In this document: positions 6,884 through 12,030 of the stretch, in pieces | Layout of the letters: each line of letters begins with the position of its first letter | How positions within the stretch are numbered: the stretch's first letter is position 1 | NCBI GenBank assembly: GCA_040256005.1 | Contig: JBDZWC010000094.1 | Span: forward strand, 1 to 12,030 | Direction of reading: 5' to 3' | From: Deinococcaceae bacterium | Lineage (GTDB): Bacteria; Deinococcota; Deinococci; Deinococcales; Trueperaceae | Length of the DNA stretch: 12,030 bases | The notes under the pieces: model-generated | What the model saw: only the letters and a program-made list of their open reading frames with translations | The model's database searches: none | Told to the model about the DNA's origin: nothing | Translations under genes and position numbers: made by a program

Positions 6884-8215
6884 ATGAACGTGATTCGTCG
6901 AGGGTTTGCCCTGGTCCGGCGCTTCAAAAGGATGAACTGGGCGCTCGCCGACCAAGCCGTCATAAGCCTCGCGAACTTCGTCACCGTGTACCTGCTCGCA
7001 TTGTCGATGCCGGTCGAAGACTTCGGCATCTTCTCCCTGCTGTTTACGGCGTTGATGGTCGCGGTGGCGCTACAAAACGCCCTGATCTCTCAACCGCACA
7101 ACGTGTTGGGCGCCAAACTGGGACGCGAGGAGTACATCGGCTTCACAAGCGCCCTGGCGCTGTTCCAGGTGATCCTAGCGTTTGCGGCCTGCGTATCAGT
7201 CGCGTCCGTGGGAGCTGTGATTTCAATCGTGGCGGACCAACCGATCGGAGGCACGATAGTCCTTCTCGGCATGGTCTCCGCACCGTGGATGCTGCAGGAG
7301 TTCGTACGTAGGACCTTCTACACCCGGAGTGATACTCGAGCGGCGTTCGTGAACGACGTGCTGTGCTACGGACTGCAGGTCCTTGGAGTCGGCCTCCTCA
7401 TGCTCCGGGAAGCGACCACAACAGAGAGCGCGCTCCTCGTCATGGGGGGATCGTCGCTCGTCGCGAGTGGACTCGGAGCGTGGCAACTGCGTGGCGTGAT
7501 CGCGATGTCTCGAAGCACATACAGAGCAGGCCTTCTCGCAGACGTCTGGCGACGCAATTGGGGTTTCGGTCGATGGCTGACTGCTCGCGCCGCCGTGGAG
7601 TGGTTCCGAGCCCACGGCCATACCTGGTTGCTGGCTGCGATGTTAGGTCCGGCAGCAGTTGGCGCGTACCGGGCGGCGTACAACCTCGCCAACGTACTGA
7701 ACCCGTTGGCCCTGGCGGTACAGGCTTACGTGCCTTCCCGGGCGGGCGCCGTGTTCGCGAGCGGCGGGGTGCCAGCGTTACGGCACTGGATGTCGAGGAA
7801 CTTCATCATCGCGGGGTCGTTGTACGCCTTGGTCGTGCTTGCGGTGATCGTTGCTGCCGGACCCTTGCTCGAGTTGTTCTACGCGGGCAGGTTCGCAGAC
7901 GTCACGCCATATCTGAAGTGGGTGCTGATCATCAGCGCGGTAGAGAAGCTGCTTCGTAAGTTCCGGTACTTCCCGGGCTCCGTATTGCTCGTGATGGAGC
8001 GCACCCGCGAGCTGTTCCTGTACGACCTCGTCTCGATGGCCATCCTCTTGGGAGCCGGCGTCGCGCTCATTGGGGCGTTCGACATCCTGGGTGCGCCTCT
8101 GGCCAAGCTTGCGGCAGCGGCAACGGTGCTATGCGCCGTCGCCTGGCATGCGCGCGGCTTGTTGTCGATTCATAAGCCCACCGAGGGACCTCTGATCGAG
8201 GCGACCGGACCTTGA
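6884..8215 (+). CDS. wzx: Wzx-type oligosaccharide/polysaccharide flippase (MOP superfamily)
   Basis: 443-aa protein with many hydrophobic segments. N-terminal WALADQAVISLANF...EDFGIFSL and mid-protein LLAAMLGPAAVGAYRAAYNL are typical of Wzx. It sits among nucleotide-sugar genes. Alternative start ATG at 6932. Confidence 0.82.
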   Translation: MNVIRRGFALVRRFKRMNWALADQAVISLANFVTVYLLALSMPVEDFGIFSLLFTALMVAVALQNALISQPHNVLGAKLGREEYIGFTSALALFQVILAFAACVSVASVGAVISIVADQPIGGTIVLLGMVSAPWMLQEFVRRTFYTRSDTRAAFVNDVLCYGLQVLGVGLLMLREATTTESALLVMGGSSLVASGLGAWQLRGVIAMSRSTYRAGLLADVWRRNWGFGRWLTARAAVEWFRAHGHTWLLAAMLGPAAVGAYRAAYNLANVLNPLALAVQAYVPSRAGAVFASGGVPALRHWMSRNFIIAGSLYALVVLAVIVAAGPLLELFYAGRFADVTPYLKWVLIISAVEKLLRKFRYFPGSVLLVMERTRELFLYDLVSMAILLGAGVALIGAFDILGAPLAKLAAAATVLCAVAWHARGLLSIHKPTEGPLIEATGP

Positions 8216-8244
8216 ACGCTGCCGTCACCCAGCGCCTGTCGCAG

Positions 8245-8913
8245 TCAACCAGCCAGGAGGACCTTGCGGGCGTAGAAGCCTTCAGCGTACCCGGAGCGTG
8301 CCCGGCACTCCATACCGCGTAGTCGCATCAACCCACGGAACACGCCGTCGTCGTACCAGTCCTTGCCGTGTTGGCTCGCGAAGTGCGCCTCGAGATGCGC
8401 CAGCTTGCGCTCCGCCACCTCGGCCTCAAGCGGCACGTATAAGTTAGGCGTTCCCAGGTCGCCGTCCCACTTAGGCACTTCATACTCAAGTACAAGGTGG
8501 TCTCGCCAGAGGTTCCACGTGATGTCGCTGACCATCCTGTGGTCCTGGTGGCGATCGTCCCTGTAATGCGTGATGACAAGGTCCGGTTCAGTACTCAGGC
8601 TGGAGCGGACCTCCTCGAAAGCCTCCTTGGCCGCGGCGCCGAGACGATCGAAGTAGCTTTCGCGTAGACCGAGGGCTCTCACGTCCACTGTGGCTCGGCC
8701 GGCCAGAAGCGTCCGGGCGCTTTCGAACGCCTCTTGTGAACGGGTCTCGTCTGCAGATGCGACGACCCAGGTTACATGGCTTTCGGGACGGGACGCGAGG
8801 ACCGTCAGCAACGCGCCTGCAGACCCGATCTCTATGTCGTCCGAGTGGGCGCCGAGGCAGAGAACGTTCAGCGGGGTAGCGTCAGACCTACTTCCTAGAA
8901 CCAGCTCGAGCAC
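8245..8913 (-). CDS. PIG-L/LmbE family Zn-dependent deacetylase
   Basis: Motifs LCLGAHSDDIEIG (HxDD), R..EA, PDLVITH...HQDH (HxDH), YEVPKWDGD, HFASQ and YAEGF. GTG start lies 3 nt after the rfbF stop. Confidence 0.9.
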   Translation of the reverse strand: MLELVLGSRSDATPLNVLCLGAHSDDIEIGSAGALLTVLASRPESHVTWVVASADETRSQEAFESARTLLAGRATVDVRALGLRESYFDRLGAAAKEAFEEVRSSLSTEPDLVITHYRDDRHQDHRMVSDITWNLWRDHLVLEYEVPKWDGDLGTPNLYVPLEAEVAERKLAHLEAHFASQHGKDWYDDGVFRGLMRLRGMECRARSGYAEGFYARKVLLAG

Positions 8914-8916
8914 AGG

Positions 8917-9711
8917 TCAGCTTCCGGCCGCGCCAAGGGACTTGTGCTCATCCCTTCGCCACACCTGCCATGGCCCCGGCCCCTGTGAGAGCACGGCGGA
9001 TAGCCGCATGTGGTCCTTGAACGTGTCGATCGTGGACCAGAACCCGTCGTACATATGGCCGTGAAGGCGACCAGCGCTGATCAGGCGTTCGAAAGGTCCT
9101 TCCACCAACTCGTCGCCCGGACGTATGTGATCCAGCACCTCGGGCTCGAGCGTGAAGAAGCCGCCGTTTATGCGAATGGCCTCTCGGATGCTTCGGATCG
9201 CCGAAACCTTTCCCGTCGAACCGTCGACCTCCACGTTGTGCAGGCTCAGGTGTGGCCGTACACACATGAAGCTGGCTAGTGCCCGGTGGCGACGGTGTTC
9301 TGCCAGAAGTTGCGGAAGGTCGGCATCGGTCAGCGAGTCCGAGTAATTAGCGAAGAACGTCGCGCTAGGGTCCAGGTAGGGCCGAATTGCGACCAGGCGC
9401 TCCGCGATGGTGGCGTTCATGCCAGTGTCGACGAACTCGATTTTCCAGTTTCTGATGTCCTGCGAGGTCCCGTCGAACTCGAACGCCCTCCCGCTTTCAT
9501 GAGCGTACAGAGATTCCTCTAGCGCCGCTTTCACGGCGTCGCCCTTGTAGCCGAGGCACATGATGAAGTCGTTGTGACCGAAGTGGGCGTAGTACCTCAT
9601 CACGTGCAACACGAGCGGCTCCCCGCCCAGAGGCACTACCGGTTTGGGAATACGGGGCTCATGGTCTCGCAACCTCAACCCGAGTCCGCCACAGAAGAGA
9701 ACGACTTTCAT
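8917..9711 (-). CDS. rfbF: Glucose-1-phosphate cytidylyltransferase (nucleotidyltransferase)
   Basis: Motifs KVVLFCGGLGLRL...PKP, YYAHFGHNDFIMCLGYKG, FVDTG, NYSD.LTD, INGGFF and GFWSTIDTFKD, plus a C-terminal PWQVW. Confidence 0.85.
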   Translation of the reverse strand: MKVVLFCGGLGLRLRDHEPRIPKPVVPLGGEPLVLHVMRYYAHFGHNDFIMCLGYKGDAVKAALEESLYAHESGRAFEFDGTSQDIRNWKIEFVDTGMNATIAERLVAIRPYLDPSATFFANYSDSLTDADLPQLLAEHRRHRALASFMCVRPHLSLHNVEVDGSTGKVSAIRSIREAIRINGGFFTLEPEVLDHIRPGDELVEGPFERLISAGRLHGHMYDGFWSTIDTFKDHMRLSAVLSQGPGPWQVWRRDEHKSLGAAGS

Positions 9712-9873
9712 CTCACACCCCGCTCATCTGTCGCTCAAGGTACGAGGTTGGCTTACCTGTTTGCTATGACGAGTAACCACCCGCATCCAAATGGGAGCAA
9801 CCGGCGTCTTGAACACTAGAACGTGTGACGCCTGTCCCAGTGCACGTGAAGAGGGCTCATACAGTTGACACCG

Positions 9874-11142
9874 ATGATGGATGTCCTCCCCGCAGACGCG
9901 AAGCAAGGTATGTCGGGAGCCGTAGGCAGGTGCCGGGCCTGCAGCGAGCCGCTGCGCGATGTCTTCGTAGACCTGGGCATGCAACCGTTGTGTGAGAGCT
10001 ACGTAGACGAAGCAGGTCTCTCTAAGCCTGAGATCTTCTATCCGTTGCGCGCGTTCGTATGCCGCAAGTGCCTCCTAGTCCAAGCTCAGGACTTCGCTTC
10101 GCCGGAGGAGATCTTCCGGGAGTACGCGTACTTCTCTTCATACTCGACCTCGTGGCTCGAGCACGCTGCCCGGTTCAGTCGCGAGGCGGTGTCGAGAGAG
10201 CACCTGGGGCGCGACGCGTTCGTCGTGGAACTGGCCTCGAACGATGGATACCTTCTACGCAACTTCGTACAGATGGGGCTGCGCGTGCTCGGGATCGATC
10301 CTGCCGCCAACGTGGCTGAGGCCGCCCGAGCCCAGGGCGTGCCGACCCTTGTCCAGTTCTTCGGGCGTTCGGTCGCCGAGGAGGTGGCGATCCAGCACGG
10401 CCAGGCCGACCTGATGGTGGCGAACAACGTCTTGGCCCACGTCCCCGAGATCAACGATTTCGTGGCGGGCGTCGCCACGCTGCTGGCGCCGAACGGTGTT
10501 ATGAGCTTCGAGTTTCCGCACCTTCTCGAGCTCCTGCGCTACCGGCAGTTCGACACCATCTATCACGAACACTACTCGTATCTGAGCCTTCTGGCTGTCG
10601 AGAAGCTCCTCGCTGCGCACGGCCTGGAAGCTGTCGATGTGGAGCGTCTGCCGACACACGGTGGCTCACTTAGGCTGTGGGTCGCTCATCAGGGAACCCG
10701 GCGTGTGACCGGCGCGGTGGCAACGTTGCGTGAAGAGGAACGGGCAGACGGCATGCATGACGTCGAGCGCTACACAGGCTTCGCCGCCGAAGTCGCTGCG
10801 CTCAAGTGTGACCTTCTCAAGCTTCTCGTGAGTTGGCGAGAGCAAGGCCTCAAGGTGGCAGGCTACGGTGCGCCGGGCAAAGCGAACACGCTGATCAACT
10901 ACTGTGGGATAGACGTCGACCTGCTGTCCTTCACCGTCGACCGCAACCCCTACAAGCAGGGAAAGTTCCTACCCGGCAGCCACATCCCCATCTACGCCCC
11001 AGAAGAGCTGTCAGCCAGGCGCCCGGACATCATCGTCATCCTCCCTTGGAACCTCAAGGACGAGATATCCGAACAGCTCGCCTACACGGCAGAGTGGGGC
11101 GCGCGCTTGGCGGTACCTATACCGTCGCCGGGCCTGTTGTGA
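9874..11142 (+). CDS. NDP-hexose C-methyltransferase (Zn-binding; TylCIII/EryBIII/NovU/TcaB9-like)
   Basis: Two CxxC pairs (CRAC, CRKC), YAYFSSYS, ELASNDGYLL, GIDPA, NNVLAHV, FDTIYHEHYSY, THGGSLR, GYGAPGKANTLINY, KQGKFLPGSHIPI and LPWN. Start is ambiguous (TTG 9865, ATG 9874/9877, ATG 9910). Confidence 0.9.
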   Translation: MMDVLPADAKQGMSGAVGRCRACSEPLRDVFVDLGMQPLCESYVDEAGLSKPEIFYPLRAFVCRKCLLVQAQDFASPEEIFREYAYFSSYSTSWLEHAARFSREAVSREHLGRDAFVVELASNDGYLLRNFVQMGLRVLGIDPAANVAEAARAQGVPTLVQFFGRSVAEEVAIQHGQADLMVANNVLAHVPEINDFVAGVATLLAPNGVMSFEFPHLLELLRYRQFDTIYHEHYSYLSLLAVEKLLAAHGLEAVDVERLPTHGGSLRLWVAHQGTRRVTGAVATLREEERADGMHDVERYTGFAAEVAALKCDLLKLLVSWREQGLKVAGYGAPGKANTLINYCGIDVDLLSFTVDRNPYKQGKFLPGSHIPIYAPEELSARRPDIIVILPWNLKDEISEQLAYTAEWGARLAVPIPSPGLL

Positions 11143-11146
11143 ACGG

Positions 11147-12030
11147 ATGACGCCCGCCTCTCGATCGGTCCCTCGACAGGTGGCCGGCACTCCGGCGACG
11201 CGCATGCGGTCGCTTCTGGAACACCTCTACCCGCTCCCTCGCAGCATTACCGGTGACGGCCTGCGCGCGACGCTGGGTGCGCTGCGACGCGAGCTCCCAG
11301 ATCTGGTCTTGAACGAGGTTCCCAGCGGCACCAGGGTCTTCGACTGGACCGTTCCACCGGAGTGGAACGTCAGAGCCGCGAGGTTGACAGGGCCAGATAA
11401 CAGGGTGGTGGCTGACTTCGACAAGCACAACCTGATGCTTGTCAACTACAGCGCTCCGTTCGACGGTAGCTTGACTCTCGGGGACCTACAGTCCCACCTT
11501 CATAGCTTGCCCGAGCGACCAGAAGTGATTCCGTACGTGACCTCGTACTACGACCGAGGTTGGGGCTTCTGCCTGCCGCACGCCGACCGGGTGCGCCTGG
11601 AGCCTGGCGAGTACCGCGTCAGCATCGATACGACCCTAGAGGTCGGCTCGTTGACTTACGCCGAGCTACTGGTGCCTGGCAACTCCACGGACGAGGTGCT
11701 CCTCAGCGCACATGTCTGCCACCCGTCGTTGGCTAACGACAACCTAAGCGCCGTGGCAGTGCTCGTCGAACTCGCGCGGTGGCTACAGGAAAGCCGACGC
11801 CGACTCTCATACAGGATCCTCTTCGCTCCTGGGACGATCGGTACCATCGCCTTTCTCGCGCGTTCGCCCGAGGCCCGCCAGCGCATCAAGCACGGCCTCG
11901 TGCTAGCGGGACTGGGCGACACCGCGGCCCTGACGTACAAGGAGACGCTGTCCGGCGAGGCTTTCATAGACAGGGTCGTGAAGCACGTACTTCGCCACCT
12001 GGAACAGAGCGCTGTCCTGCCGTTCGACCC
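11147..12030 (+). CDS. DUF4910 domain-containing protein (M28 aminopeptidase-like with DUF2172 insert); truncated by the window end
   Basis: Translated by hand from the ATG at 11147 (4 nt after the previous stop), open to the end: MTPASRSVPRQVAGTPATRMRSLLEHLYPLPRSITGDGLRATL...VPSGTRVFDWTVPPEWNV...IPYVTSYYDRGWGFCL...EVLLSAHVCHPSLANDNLSA...SYRILFAPGTIG. Absent from the ORF track because it has no stop in the window. Confidence 0.9.
   Translation, partial: MTPASRSVPRQVAGTPATRMRSLLEHLYPLPRSITGDGLRATLGALRRELPDLVLNEVPSGTRVFDWTVPPEWNVRAARLTGPDNRVVADFDKHNLMLVNYSAPFDGSLTLGDLQSHLHSLPERPEVIPYVTSYYDRGWGFCLPHADRVRLEPGEYRVSIDTTLEVGSLTYAELLVPGNSTDEVLLSAHVCHPSLANDNLSAVAVLVELARWLQESRRRLSYRILFAPGTIGTIAFLARSPEARQRIKHGLVLAGLGDTAALTYKETLSGEAFIDRVVKHVLRHLEQSAVLPFD

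Noticed and set aside
9865..9870. Perfect TTGACA hexamer
   Set aside because: No -10 element 16-18 bp downstream, and it abuts the coding start; likely coincidental.
1..12030. CRISPR arrays, tRNA/rRNA, IS elements, integrase/att sites, ops/JUMPstart element, phase-variable simple repeats
   Set aside because: None seen by eye; nearly all the sequence is accounted for by protein-coding genes with short spacers.

Overview
High-GC bacterial DNA with two compositionally different parts. Bases 1-3335 are very GC-rich: the 3' end of a glucuronate isomerase (uxaC), a PLP-dependent DegT/DnrJ/EryC1/StrS sugar aminotransferase (minus strand) and a divergent succinate-semialdehyde dehydrogenase (gabD). 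From ~3340 to the end is a visibly less GC-biased surface-polysaccharide locus whose genes keep switching strand. It holds a class I SAM methyltransferase, an APH-like phosphotransferase, a predicted lipoprotein made of two copies of an uncharacterised ~200-aa domain, a Wzx-type flippase, a PIG-L deacetylase, glucose-1-phosphate cytidylyltransferase (rfbF), a Zn-binding NDP-sugar C-methyltransferase, and a DUF4910 peptidase-like gene that runs off the window and is missing from the ORF track. The best candidate for an undescribed system is a pathway making a CDP-activated C-methyl-branched sugar, with extra methyl/phosphate/deacylation tailoring and a dedicated tandem-domain lipoprotein. DegT and GabD recall Deinococcota (Thermus/Truepera-like) proteins, but that is only my impression. 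I saw no RNA genes, CRISPR arrays or mobile elements. All family calls come from motif recognition by eye, not database searches.
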